A DNA stretch of 64,000 nucleotides from an uncultured Gemmatimonadales bacterium (GCA_963844035.1 CAWJMT010000004.1:352001-416000); one strand, 5' to 3'; numbered from the stretch's first letter, positions 47,453 through 58,109 are shown. Notes: a model not told the origin generated them from the sequence alone. Program-made: numbers and translations.

Positions 47453-47692
47453 GGTGGTCTGTCCCTCCGTTGGGTGGTCCGCCCTCGCCCGTGGACGCAC
47501 ACGTTGGGGCACGCGTCCGTTTCTGCCAAGCCCCGAGTCCGGCTAGCGCAGCTCGAGCAGAATCAAGCGGCGAGATGAGAAGGCCTTCACCTCCACCTCA
47601 TGGCCCCTTGGCAAGCCACCTCCCTACTTGAATGACAGCCTCCGGGTGAACGCACACCCGGAGCGCGCCATCGCCACGTCGAGGAGGCTCCC

Positions 47693-48730
47693 ATGGGCAG
47701 GACCATCGCTGTCGCATTGCTCTCGCTCGCCACGCTTACCGCCCGCGCCCCGGCGCAGGATTCGCTCCTGACCCGGGCGCGGCAGCTGTTCCAGCCGATC
47801 CCGGCCGCGCCGCCCGCGCTGCCCGGCAACGCCGCGACCGCGGCGAAGGTCGATCTGGGACGGATGCTGTACTTCGATCCGCGGCTCTCGGCCAGCCACG
47901 CCATCAGCTGCGCCTCCTGCCATAGCATCGGCCTTGGCGGAGCTGATGCGACGGAAACCTCCGTGGGCCATCGTTGGCAGCGGGGCGGCCGCAACGCACC
48001 CACGGTCTTCAATGCGGTCTTCAACACCGCGCAGTTCTGGGACGGGCGGGCCAAGGACCTCGAACAACAGGCGGGCGGGCCGGTGCTCAATCCGGTCGAG
48101 ATGGGATCGCCCGCGAGCCATGTGGCGGAGCAGTTGAAGGGTATCCCGGGCTACTTCGGCCCGTTCACCCTGGCGTTCCCGGGCCAGTTGGATCCGATCA
48201 CCCTGGCGAACGTGCAGAAGGCGATTGCGGTGTTCGAGGCGACGTTGATCACACCCAACGCCCCGTTCGATCGCTATCTCGCCGGCCAAGCCGGCGCGCT
48301 GTCGCCGAGCGAGAAGGACGGCCTGCGCCTGTTCATGGACAAGGGGTGCGCCAGCTGCCACGACGGAAGGAATCTGGGAGGAGGACGATACGCCCCCTTT
48401 GGCGTGGTGGAGAAACCGGGTGCCGCCTTGCTGCCGCCGGACGACAAGGGCCGGTTCATGGTCACCAAGACGCCAGGCGACGACTACGTGTTCAAGGTTC
48501 CAACGCTGCGGAACATCGCCCTCACGGCTCCCTACTTCCACACCGGCAAGGCCTGGGATCTTCGCCAGTCGGTGGCGGTGATGGGAACGAGCCAGCTCGG
48601 CGCTCAACTCAGCGACGACGAAGTGGAGAGAATCACCGAGTTTCTGCGGAGGTTGACCGGCGACCAGCCGAAGGTGGTCTACCCCGTGCTTCCCCCCAGC
48701 GTTGGGACGACGCCGCGGCCGGAGCCCTAG
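47693..48730 (+). CDS. Di-heme cytochrome c peroxidase
   Basis: Two CASCH motifs, RNAPTV, QFWDGRA, FKVPTLRNIALTAPYFH. Confidence 0.95.
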   Translation: MGRTIAVALLSLATLTARAPAQDSLLTRARQLFQPIPAAPPALPGNAATAAKVDLGRMLYFDPRLSASHAISCASCHSIGLGGADATETSVGHRWQRGGRNAPTVFNAVFNTAQFWDGRAKDLEQQAGGPVLNPVEMGSPASHVAEQLKGIPGYFGPFTLAFPGQLDPITLANVQKAIAVFEATLITPNAPFDRYLAGQAGALSPSEKDGLRLFMDKGCASCHDGRNLGGGRYAPFGVVEKPGAALLPPDDKGRFMVTKTPGDDYVFKVPTLRNIALTAPYFHTGKAWDLRQSVAVMGTSQLGAQLSDDEVERITEFLRRLTGDQPKVVYPVLPPSVGTTPRPEP

Positions 48731-48773
48731 TCGAGAGAGGCAAGGGACCGGGCGGCCGTTAGCTTTCCACCCC

Positions 48774-50237
48774 GTGACGGCCGCCCGATCCCTGCTCTGC
48801 ACCGCGCTCGCGCTCACCGCATGTCATGCCGCGGGGGGAGAGCGCGTGTTCCGCTGGGGCGGCGACGCCGAGGGCGGCGCGCCGTTCGTCGAGGCCGACC
48901 CGGCCGATCCCTCCCAGGTGCGCGGCTTCGACGTCGAGGTGGCGGCGACCATCGCCCGGGGGCTCGGCCGCGAACCCCAGTTCGTTCAGGTGCAGTGGTC
49001 CTCGATCGACCAGTCGGTCGAGCGCGGCGACTTCGAGATCGGGATGTCGGGCGTGGAAGACTCGCCCGCCCGCCGCGCACAGCACGCCGTCACCATCCCC
49101 TACTTCGAGTTTCGCGAAGTGCTCGCGGTCCGCGAGGGCGATCGCGACCGCTTCCGCCGGCTCGCCGATCTGCGCGGCCGCCGCGTCGCCACCCTCGGCG
49201 CCACGATGGCGTACGACATCCTGCTCGCGGCGCGCGACTCGTCGGGCATCATCCCCGTCTCATACGACGACGACGTCCATCCCTACGGGGACCTGGTCGC
49301 GGGACGCGTGGATGCCGTGCTGCTCGATCACATCATCGCCCAGCGCGCTCTCTCCCGCGCTCCCGGCGGTTTCGTGATCCAGCCCGAGCCCGTAGCCGTC
49401 GGCCGCTACGTCGGCGTGCTCGCGCGCGCCAACGCTTCGTTGCGCGACTCGGTGAACACCGCGCTGACAGAAGCAATGCGCGACGGCACCCTGGAGCGCA
49501 TCTTCCGCCGCTGGCAGGTGTGGGACGACACCCAGGGTGCCCTGTTCGCGCAGGTGCTGCGCTCGCCCGGAGCGGAGCGTACGGCGACGGCCACCGCGCC
49601 GGTTCAGGCGTTGGCCTACCTCCCCGCCCTGCTCCGCGCCGCTGGCGTGACTGCACTCGTGTCGGTGCTCGCGATGGCGCTCGCGGTGGTCGTCGGACTC
49701 CTGGTCGCGGCGGGGCGCGTGTATGGCAGCGCGCCCGTGCGCTGGCTCACCGCCTGCTACGTCGAAGTGGTGCGCGGGACCCCGGTGCTGCTGCAGCTGT
49801 TCGTCATCTACTACGGGCTGGTGGGGGTCGTCCGGTTGCCGGCGCTGCTCGCGGCCGTGCTCGGCCTGGGGCTCAACTATGCGGCGTACGAGGCCGAGAT
49901 CTACCGCGGCGCGCTCGAGGCGGTGGCGCGGTCGCAGCTCGAGGCCGCGCGCACCCTCGGCTTCAGCGAAGGACAGATCCTCCGTCTCATCCGCGGCCCG
50001 CAGGCGTTGCGCTACGCGCTCGCGCCGATGACCAACGACTTCGTGGCGCTGCTCAAGGACTCGTCGCTCGTGTCGGTGATCACCGTCGTCGAGCTGACCA
50101 AGCAGACCGCGATCTACGCCACCAACGTCGGCAGCTGGATCGTCCCCGGGGCGCTGTGCGCCGCCGTGTACCTCGCGATGTCGCTGCCGCTCACGCACCT
50201 GGCGCGCCGGCTGGAGCGGCGCTGGAAGGTGGCATGA
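48774..50237 (+). CDS. Amino acid ABC transporter, fused substrate-binding protein and permease
   Basis: LTAC lipobox, GFDVEVA; RGTPVLLQL, EAARTLG, LLKDSSLVSVI. Confidence 0.92.
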   Translation: MTAARSLLCTALALTACHAAGGERVFRWGGDAEGGAPFVEADPADPSQVRGFDVEVAATIARGLGREPQFVQVQWSSIDQSVERGDFEIGMSGVEDSPARRAQHAVTIPYFEFREVLAVREGDRDRFRRLADLRGRRVATLGATMAYDILLAARDSSGIIPVSYDDDVHPYGDLVAGRVDAVLLDHIIAQRALSRAPGGFVIQPEPVAVGRYVGVLARANASLRDSVNTALTEAMRDGTLERIFRRWQVWDDTQGALFAQVLRSPGAERTATATAPVQALAYLPALLRAAGVTALVSVLAMALAVVVGLLVAAGRVYGSAPVRWLTACYVEVVRGTPVLLQLFVIYYGLVGVVRLPALLAAVLGLGLNYAAYEAEIYRGALEAVARSQLEAARTLGFSEGQILRLIRGPQALRYALAPMTNDFVALLKDSSLVSVITVVELTKQTAIYATNVGSWIVPGALCAAVYLAMSLPLTHLARRLERRWKVA

Positions 50238-51016
50238 GCGCGCTGCTGTCGATCGAGGAGCTACGCTTGTGCTTCGCCGAGCGCGTGGTGCTCGAAGACC
50301 TGTCGCTCGAGGTGGCGCGTGGCGAAGTGGTCGCGCTGATGGGGCTGTCCGGTGCCGGGAAAACGTCAGTGCTGCGAGCGGTGGCGGCGTTGCAGCCGTT
50401 CGAGACCGGCCGCATCGAGGTGGACGGCGTCGCGCTCGCGCCGGGGCGCGTCCCGCCTGAATCGCGGCTCTCCGAGCTACGCCGCCGCGTTGGGCTGGTA
50501 TTCCAGAGCCACGCACTGTTCGAGCACCTGAGCGCGCTCGAGAACGTCACCCTCGCGCTGTGCCACGTGTGGGGCCGCCCTACGCCCGAGGCGGAGCGGC
50601 TCGCGCTCGACCTGCTGCACGCCCTGGGCGTGGGCGCGCGCGCGCAGGCGTTGCCCGCGCGCCTGTCGGGCGGCGAGGCGCAGCGCGTGGCGATCGCCCG
50701 CGCGCTTGCACCCGATCCTCCGCTCTTGCTCATGGACGAGCCGACTGCGGCGCTCGACCCGGCGCGCCGTGGCGCACTCGGTCAAACGCTGCGGCGTCTG
50801 GCGGCCGATGGACGTGGTTTGTTGGTATCGACGCATGACGTCGCATTTGCGCGGGCGTACGCCGATCGCGTCGTCATCCTCGCTCAGGGAGCGGTAGTGG
50901 AATCCGGTGAGGCGGACGAGGTGCTCGATCGACCGACCCACGATGCGACGCGGGAGCTGCTGGAGGTGAAGCGGCGGACGGGCGGTCTGGCGGTCTGGCG
51001 GACCTTTCTGACTTGA
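50234..51016 (+). CDS. Amino acid ABC transporter ATP-binding protein
   Basis: GLSGAGKT, LSGGEAQRVAIARAL, DEPT. Confidence 0.92.
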   Translation: MSALLSIEELRLCFAERVVLEDLSLEVARGEVVALMGLSGAGKTSVLRAVAALQPFETGRIEVDGVALAPGRVPPESRLSELRRRVGLVFQSHALFEHLSALENVTLALCHVWGRPTPEAERLALDLLHALGVGARAQALPARLSGGEAQRVAIARALAPDPPLLLMDEPTAALDPARRGALGQTLRRLAADGRGLLVSTHDVAFARAYADRVVILAQGAVVESGEADEVLDRPTHDATRELLEVKRRTGGLAVWRTFLT

Positions 51017-51039
51017 CCGCCCGACCGCCGTTGCTTCTT

Positions 51040-51364
51040 GACCGCGACTCCAGTGCCCGTCGACCCAATACCAGCGGCCGCGCTTGTGATTCCAGTGGCC
51101 GGGCACCCACCGGCGGTAACCGCGCTCGAGCGGCACCCAACGGCCCCGCACCCAGCGGTAGTTGTTGTGCTCCCACTTCCAGTAGCCGGCGACCCACACG
51201 TAGTTCGGCCCGGGCGCCGGGACGATCATCTCGACGCGGTCGGGTGGCGGGCGACGCTCGGTGTACACCAGGTCCACCGACAGGCCGCTGCCGGCGCAGG
51301 CCAGCGCGGCGCAGAGTACCAGGCTCGCTCCGAGTGCTCGGAGATGCGTCGTGAGGTTTTTCAT
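51040..51364 (-). CDS. YXWGXW/WxxGxW repeat lipoprotein (stop uncertain)
   Basis: ALAC; WVAGYW, WVRGRW, WVPGHW, WVDGHW. Confidence 0.85.
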
Positions 51365-51519
51365 AGACTCGACTCCTTTCACCCTCCGAGGAGGGTATCG
51401 TGCTGCGGAAGGTCCAGACTAAAAGTTTCGCGGCGCGGCAGTTGTGAGATAGCGCACAAACTCGATGCGCTGACGATTGCGTTTGCGCGTCACAGTGGCT
51501 TTCCGGCTAAACTGTTCCC

Positions 51520-54432
51520 GTGGCCTTCGACCCACTCCCAGAGCAACGTGCCGCCATCGAGGCGCCACTCGGCCCCGTCCTCGTCATCGCGGGACCGGGC
51601 GCCGGCAAGACGTACTGCCTGGTCGCACGGATCAATCATCTGATCGCAGCGGGCACCGTTTCGCCCGAGCGCATTTGCGCCGTCACGTTCACCAACCGCG
51701 CCGCCGAGGAGATCGCGGCGCGCCTGAAGCACACCCTGGGGGACCGCGCCGAGGCGATCACCCGCGGCACGATCCACGCCCTGTGCCTCGGCCTGCTGCG
51801 CGAGCACGCCGAGCTGGCGGGGTTGCGTAAGGGGTTCGGGGTGGCCGACGACCCCTATCAAAAGGTGATCCTGAAGCGGCTGGGCGTGCCCCTGAGTCAT
51901 CGCGGGGGGCTGTTGAACCGGTTCAGTCGCCACCGCGCCCAGGACTACGAGCTGACGGCCGACGACATGCGGCTGTATCGCGAGTACGCCGCGTGGCTCG
52001 CGGGTCGCAACATGGTGGACTTCGACGACCTGGTCACCAAGGCGCGCGAGCTGCTGCGCACGCATTCGGGACTAGCCGAGCGCGTCGCCGCACGCTGGGA
52101 CTATCTCCTGGTGGACGAGTTCCAGGACGTCAATCCCGTGCAGTACGACCTGCTCAAGCGCCTGGCCACGCCGCACGACAACTTTTTCGCCGTCGGCGAC
52201 GACGAGCAGTCGATCTTCACGTGGACCGGGGCCGACCCGTACGTCCTCAAGCGCTTCAGCACCGAGTACGGGATCGAGCGGCCGATCGTACTCGACAAGA
52301 ACTGCCGCTGCTCGCGGCAGATCTTCGAGACTGCGCGGCGCGTGCTGGCGCAAAATCCCCAATTGTTCGACAAGCAGCTCACTGCCGAGCGGGAGTCGCG
52401 GTATGAAGTCACCGCGGTCGCCTTTCAGGACGAGCAGGACGAGGCGGCGTGGATCCTGGAAGACATCCAGAGCGACCGCGCGGCATCGGGATTGAGTTGG
52501 GGCGCCTATGCCCTGCTGTACCGCAAGCACAAGGTCGGTGACTACCTGGAAGGGCGTTTGTTAAAGGAGGGGATTCCCTGCCGCCTGGCGCGCGGCCGCT
52601 CGCTGGTCGAGGACGACGTCATCAAGTACGTCGTGGCGGCGTTACGCATCGTGCGCGACCCGGGGGACCCCGTCGCGCTCGAAGTGTTCGCGCGCTGCGT
52701 GCTCTCGGAGAACTTTCTCCAGGAAGTTCAGGGGGCGATCGGCGCCGCGGACGACTTCTTGGCGGCGGTGCGCGCGTTGGCGGGGCGCCGCCCCGCGACC
52801 GACCCCGATACGCGCAAGCTGTGGCGCTTGGTCTTCCAGGTCGAGAACTTCCACGCCTTGAGCCGCTCCCACGTCGCCCTGGCGCCGCTCGTGGACGAGA
52901 TCCTGTCGCAGAGTGTCGGGCCCTACAAGAACGTCCTGGAAGAGCGCCACGACGAGCTCAGCGATCCCGCCGATAGCCCCGAAGTCAGAGCCCTCGCCGA
53001 GCGACTTGCGCCGGCGCTCGCGGGAGAGCGCAGCGTCGCGATCTCACACCGCAGGGTGGGCTCGAGATCGCGTTGCGAGGCATGCTCGCGGCCGCCGGGT
53101 TCCGGCACGTTCGCTCGGACCTGAACGGCGATCTCGTCATTGGAGCGGGGGATGGAGGCGCGCGCGGGCTGGCGCTCACCCTGTTCAAGGCGCTCCAGCT
53201 GTTGCACGCCAAGGATCTGGACACCCCGCTCGAGCGCTACGTCACCTTTGACCTCGAGACCACGGACAACGACGTGGCCAGCTGCGGCGTGGTCGAGATC
53301 GGCGCTGCGCGCGTGGTGCGCGGTGAGATCGTGGCCCGGTTTCATACGCTGGTGCAGCCACACCGGCCGATCTCGCCCAAGGCGAGCGCGATCCACGGCT
53401 ACACCGATCGGGACCTGGCCGACGCACGCTCGTTCGCCGAGGTGTTCCCCGAATTCCGCGCGTTCGTGGGCGACGATCTCGTCATCGCGCACAACGGCCA
53501 GAAGTTCGACGTCCCGGTGCTGCGCCGTTTGGCCGCCGGTGCGGCCGGCGTGGACACCCTGGCCTTCTATGATACGCTCCCGCTAGCGCGGTCGCTTTCT
53601 AAGGACAGCGTCACGCAGGAGAACCTGGCGCATCGCTTCGGGATCGACGGCGGCAGGGCGCATCACGCGTTGGACGATGCCGTCACCCTGGCCGGGATCT
53701 ATCGCGAGCTCGAGCGCCAGCGCGGCGTGCGTGCACGTAAGGCCGTGCTCGTACACATCCTCGATTATCTTGGGCTCGCCCTCGCGCTCGAGGGTCCTGA
53801 CGACCCGAGCAGAAGCGAGCGGGGAGCGAGCGCTGCTGTTCGACATCGCGCGGGTCCGCACGCTGGGCCGCTATGGCGACGCGTTGCGGTTCTACGAAGT
53901 CGAGCGCGACCGCGCCGGCGCATCCTCCGGGCCAACACTAGACGAAGTGATCGAGCGGTTGGGTGGAGCCGCCATGATGACTCGCCTGCGCGCCGACCCG
54001 GCAGAGCGCTATCCGGCGGCGCTCGCTCGCCTGCGCGCCCTCATGGAGAGCAGCACCGAACGGACGTTAGCCGAGAGCATCGATCGCCTGCTCGAACGCA
54101 TCGCGCTCTCGACGTCTGATGGGGTCGAGGTCGCGCCCGACCGGGTCAATTTGCTCACACTGCATTCGACCAAGGGATTGGAGTTCTCGCGCGTCTACGT
54201 CGTTGGGGTGGAGGACTATCAGATCCCGGGATTCCACGAGACCAGGGAGCAGCGGGAGACTGATATCCAGGAGGCGCGCCGTCTCTTGTACGTCGGCATG
54301 ACTCGGGCGCGGGAGCGCCTGGTGTTGACCCGCGTCGAGCGGCGGTTCGGCATGGACTCAGGAGGCAGCGCGTTTCTCGAGGAGATGGGGCTCGAGGTTT
54401 CCACAGCCGACGCTTCATACAAGGAGAGTTGA
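51520..54432 (+). CDS. UvrD/PcrA-like SF1 helicase with inserted DEDDh (DnaQ-like) exonuclease domain, two frameshifts
   Basis: AGPGAGKT, DEFQD, VGDDEQSI; FDLETT, AHN..FD, HHALDDA; TLHSTKGLEF, LLYVGMTRAR. Confidence 0.9.
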
Positions 54433-55488
54433 TGAAGCGGCGGGATTTCATTCGGTCGGCGAGCATCGTCTCGGCGGGCTTGGCGCTCGGGAAGAAGGGG
54501 CAGCTCCTCGCCCGGCCCAAGAAGGCGAGCGGGTGGCGCACCTTCGAGGTCACGACGAACATCGAGGTTCTTAGCCCCAAGGGAACGACCCGCGTGTGGG
54601 TTCCGACCGGCCTCGTCGGCGACACCCCCTATCAGCGCACGCTCGCCAACCACTTCGATGCAGGGAATGGCTCGGCGCGCCTGGTTCAGCGTACTGCGGA
54701 TGCGCTAGGCCTGGTCGCCGCGGAGTTCCCCGAGGGCACGAAGCCCGCCCTGACCGTCACGAGCCGCATCGCGACCCGCGATCACGCGGTCGATCTCAAC
54801 GGCGCCGCGCGGCACCCAAGGCGAGAGTCGCGCGGACCTGGAGCACTTCCTGCGCCCCACCAAGCTCATACCCACCGACGGCATCGTGAGGATGACGGCG
54901 GGCGATATCACCAGGGGTGCGCGCACCGATCTCGACAAGGCGCGCGTGATCTACGAGTGGATCATCGACAACACCGCTCGCAATCCCAAGACGCGCGGCT
55001 GCGGACTGGGCGACATCCGGTTCATGCTCGAGACCGGGGACCTGACCGGCAAGTGCGCCGACCTGAATGCGTTGTTCGTGGGACTCGCGCGCGCGTCCGG
55101 CCTGCCGGCGCGCGATGTGTACGGCATCCGCGTCGCCAAGTCGGAGCTGGGCTACGCGAGCCTCGGACCCGCGACCGGGAAGATCACCAAGTCCCAGCAC
55201 TGCCGCGCCGAGGTGCACCTCGAGCAGTACGGCTGGGTCCCCGTCGATCCCGCCGATGTCCGCAAGGTGGTGCTCGAGGAGCCGCCCGGACACCGGCCGC
55301 TCGACGACGAGCTCGTGAAGCAGGCTCGCGCGCGGCTGTTCGGGTCGTGGGAGATGAACTGGATCGCCTACAACTTCGCGCACGACGTGGAACTGCCGGG
55401 CTCCTCGGGCAAGCCGGTCGGGTTCCTGATGTATCCGCAGGCCGAACGGCGGGCGGCGACGCTGATCCGTACGCATTAGATCACCTGA
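54432..55488 (+). CDS. Tat-exported transglutaminase-like domain protein, frameshifted
   Basis: MKRRDF twin-Arg signal; GKCADLN, QHCRAE, WVPVDP triad. Confidence 0.88.
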
Positions 55489-55515
55489 AGTCGATGCCTT
55501 CACCTGAGGACTCAT

Positions 55516-56043
55516 ATGCGTTCAATCAGACAGTTCGCCCTGGCGCTGCTCCCGTTGCCTATGCTACTCACCGTCGCCCCGCGCACGGTGAGCGACCTCC
55601 ACGAGGACGTCGTCGAGACGATCGCCGAGTTCAAGAAGAAGGATCCGGGGATGGAGAAGTTCTTTGCCGGCTCAGCCGGGTACGCGGTGTTCCCCACGGT
55701 GGGGAAGGGTGCGATCGGCATCGGCGGAGCGCACGGCACTGGCGAGCTGCTGGTGGGCGGCAAGGCGATCGGCAAGGTGACGCTCTCGCAGGTGACCGTC
55801 GGCTTCCAGCTCGGCGGACAGTCGTACTCGGAGGTCATCTTCTTCGAAAAGGAATCCCCGCTCCACGGCTTCAAGAAGGGCGACTTCGCCTTCGCGGCCG
55901 AGGCTTCGGCGGTTGCTCTGACCTCGGGCGTGTCGGCGAATGCCGCCTACCGCAACGGTGTCGCGGTGTTCACGATGGCGAAGGGCGGCCTGATGTACGA
56001 GGCGAGCATCGGCGGCCAGAAGTTTGACTACAAGCCGTACTAG
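55516..56043 (+). CDS. YSC84/SYLF lipid-binding domain protein
   Basis: AVFPTVGKG..GIGG..G.G, GFQLGGQ, GGLMYEASIGGQKF. Confidence 0.9.
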   Translation: MRSIRQFALALLPLPMLLTVAPRTVSDLHEDVVETIAEFKKKDPGMEKFFAGSAGYAVFPTVGKGAIGIGGAHGTGELLVGGKAIGKVTLSQVTVGFQLGGQSYSEVIFFEKESPLHGFKKGDFAFAAEASAVALTSGVSANAAYRNGVAVFTMAKGGLMYEASIGGQKFDYKPY

Positions 56044-56052
56044 CCAGTCGCC

Positions 56053-56302
56053 CTATTTCAGAACCTTCAGCCCCTTGAGTATCAGGATGAGCAGAACGGC
56101 CCCTGCCACCGCGATGAGCCAGCCCGCGATCGCACCCGACGTTCTCAGTCCGAGGAGCCCAGCCACCCAGAAGCCGAGAAACGACCCGATGATGCCGACG
56201 ACCACGTTGGCGACGATGCCCCATCTGGGCATTCGTCTTCATCACGATACTCGCCAACCACCCCACTACCCCGCCGATGATCAACGTTATGATGATACCC
56301 AT
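56053..56302 (-). CDS. GlsB/YeaQ/YmgE family small membrane protein (1-nt frameshift)
   Basis: MGIIITLIIGGVVGWLASIVMK..., NVVVGIIGS, AVAGAVLL. Confidence 0.85.
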
Positions 56303-56449
56303 GTTGTTCCTCCCTTTCGCGTACCTGCGGTCCGGGCGTGCGGGAACATCTGGGGTCAAACCTTCCCGCGAGCCGAGTGGGAGGTATTGGCCTTTAGGGA
56401 GGGAGGGCCTCATGATATCGAGCAATCACACTCATTCTCAAAGGGTCAT

Positions 56450-56977
56450 ATGAAGAGACTTGCCATCAGTGCCGTCGCGCTGCTCGTCGTGCTCTCGAGC
56501 GGAGCCCAGGGCCAGGACACGACCGGAGCTAAGGCTCACGGGACTCGACCGCAGCGAAGGCCCATCAGGACTCGAGCCGAGCCCCGACCGGGGCCGCGGC
56601 TACGGCCCCAGCGGGGAATCCGCTCAGCGCCACGTACTCGGTCCAGCTTGGCGATGTCGCCGCCGGCGTCTCTCTCCGAGATGCTCAAGCTGCGGACGGA
56701 CTTCGACCCCGCCATCATCAACTACGATCCGACAACTGGAACCGTAGACGTCGGGGTGTTCGGAGCACCGGCGGCCGGCAGCAAGACCGACCACGCGCGC
56801 ACGACCCTGGGCAAGTACTGGGATTTCATTCAAGCCGCGCATATCGCTTATGTCCAACGGCGTTACGGCGTGAAGCTGACGGTCAAGAACTACAAGCTCA
56901 TGTACTACGACCGCAGCGTTAAGGAGGGGCCGAAGCTGATTCTGCAGTTCGTGAATGGGCAATATTTGATACCGTAG
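56450..56977 (+). CDS. Secreted hypothetical protein
   Basis: Signal peptide MKRLAISAV...AQG; coding-like C-terminal part. Confidence 0.65.
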   Translation: MKRLAISAVALLVVLSSGAQGQDTTGAKAHGTRPQRRPIRTRAEPRPGPRLRPQRGIRSAPRTRSSLAMSPPASLSEMLKLRTDFDPAIINYDPTTGTVDVGVFGAPAAGSKTDHARTTLGKYWDFIQAAHIAYVQRRYGVKLTVKNYKLMYYDRSVKEGPKLILQFVNGQYLIP

Positions 56978-56981
56978 CGGT

Positions 56982-57132
56982 TTTTCCCCGGGCTGACAGC
57001 CCGGGCTCGGCGCAAGAGTGCGCCCTGTAAGGGCGCACCCCGGGCCGAGCGCGCCCTCTTAGGGCGCGGGTTCACGAAACCCAGGATCCCACCGAAGTCA
57101 TCCGTGAACCCCGGGCTTGTGCCCGGGGTCAG
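56982..57132. repeat. ~150 bp palindromic REP-like repeat, copy A
   Basis: Nested palindromes CCCGGGCT..AGCCCGGG, GTGCGCCCT..AGGGCGCAC, CCCCGGGC..GCCCGGGG; near-identical direct copy at 57959-58109. Confidence 0.85.
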
Positions 57133-57327
57133 TAGAGGCTCCTCCGTCTTTTACCAGCCGGGCGCGACATGTCGCGCCCCTACACCCGGCGTGGTTTCGT
57201 CCCCCCTCGCGTGTTTCGGGCACCTCAACCCTTCGGTATGGCTTGCATGGTCTCGACGTGGGCGGCAGCACGTATGGGATCACGCGTCTCGGCCTTCGGG
57301 ATTGCCTGGGTTCGCAGCCGGAAAGGT

Positions 57328-57411
57328 GCTGGTGTGGCGAAACAGGTAAACGCGGAGACCTCACACGTCTCTGGGCGAAAGCCCTTGTGGGTTCGAATCC
57401 CACCACCAGCA
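57328..57411 (+). tRNA. Type II tRNA with tRNA-Leu body and CAC (Val) anticodon; CCA not fully encoded
   Basis: Acceptor GCUGGUG/CACCAGC, D arm GCGAAACAGGUAAACGC, anticodon arm GAGAC-CUCACAC-GUCUC, V arm GGGC-GAAA-GCCC, T arm GUGGG-UUCGAAU-CCCAC, A73. Confidence 0.88.
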
Positions 57412-57428
57412 CCCTCCCCGCACCACTC

Positions 57429-57457
57429 TTGACTCGGCGATGAGCCGAGATGAAGTT
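57429..57457 (+). promoter_or_regulatory. Putative sigma70-like promoter of antisense sRNA 2
   Basis: TTGACT-17nt-GAAGTT, then 6 nt to the first complementary base (57464). Confidence 0.55.
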
Positions 57458-57463
57458 GTCACT

Positions 57464-57541
57464 ACGTGTGAGGTCTCCGCGTAGTGCGCCGTTCGCTACG
57501 CTGCTGAAGGCCGGAGGGGCAACCCTCCGGCTTTCGCATTT
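57464..57541 (+). ncRNA. Putative antisense sRNA against tRNA 57328-57411
   Basis: 57464-57482 is the exact reverse complement of 57350-57368; 57492-57501 pairs with 57332-57341 (2 G-U); GCCGGAGGG/CCCUCCGGC terminator. Confidence 0.7.
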
Positions 57542-57611
57542 CCGGGACGGAGGGAGTGCCTTCGTGATACCGCGGGGCATGGCCCCGCGGTAAACCCACC
57601 CGGACCAGGCT

Positions 57612-57947
57612 CGTCCGCGCGCACTTTGCGACCGTCAGCGAGCATCTTCCAATTGTCCGCGCGCACGTTGTGATCGTCAGCGGGCATCTTCCGACTGTCC
57701 GTGCACACTTTGCGACCGTCAGCGAGCATCTTGCAACTGTCCGCGCACGTCTTTCCGCTGTCAGCGCACACTTTGCGACTGTCCGCAGGCACTGGGGGAC
57801 TGTCCGCGCGTTCTTGGGCGTGATCCGGGGACACTTTGCAAACGACAGAGCGCACTGGGCGATTGTCCGAGCGCTTTGGGGGACGGTCCGGGGACATCGG
57901 GGGATCGTCAGCGCGTCTCTTGCAACAATCCGAGCATTCCTCGGGCC
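57612..57947. repeat. Degenerate 21-bp tandem repeat, 16 units
   Basis: Units such as CGTCCGCGCGCACTTTGCGAC and CGTCAGCGAGCATCTTCCAAT in strict 21-nt register; heptad peptides on both strands. Confidence 0.85.
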
Positions 57948-57958
57948 GAACCGCGTCC

Positions 57959-58109
57959 TTTTCCCGGGCTCATAGCCCGGGCTCGGCGCGAATGTGCGCC
58001 CTGTAAGGGCGCACCCCAGGCCGAGCGCGCCCTCTCAGGGCGCGGGTTCACGAAACCCAAGATCCCGCAGAAGTCATCCCGTGAACCCCGGGCTTGCGCC
58101 CGGGGTCAG
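57959..58109. repeat. ~150 bp palindromic REP-like repeat, copy B
   Basis: Direct repeat of 56982-57132. Confidence 0.85.

Noticed and set aside
47453..47690. Mg2+/Mn2+ riboswitch upstream of mgtE
   Set aside because: No recognisable M-box or yybP-ykoY consensus by eye.
57612..57947. CRISPR array
   Set aside because: Contiguous degenerate 21-mers with no unique spacers and no cas operon.
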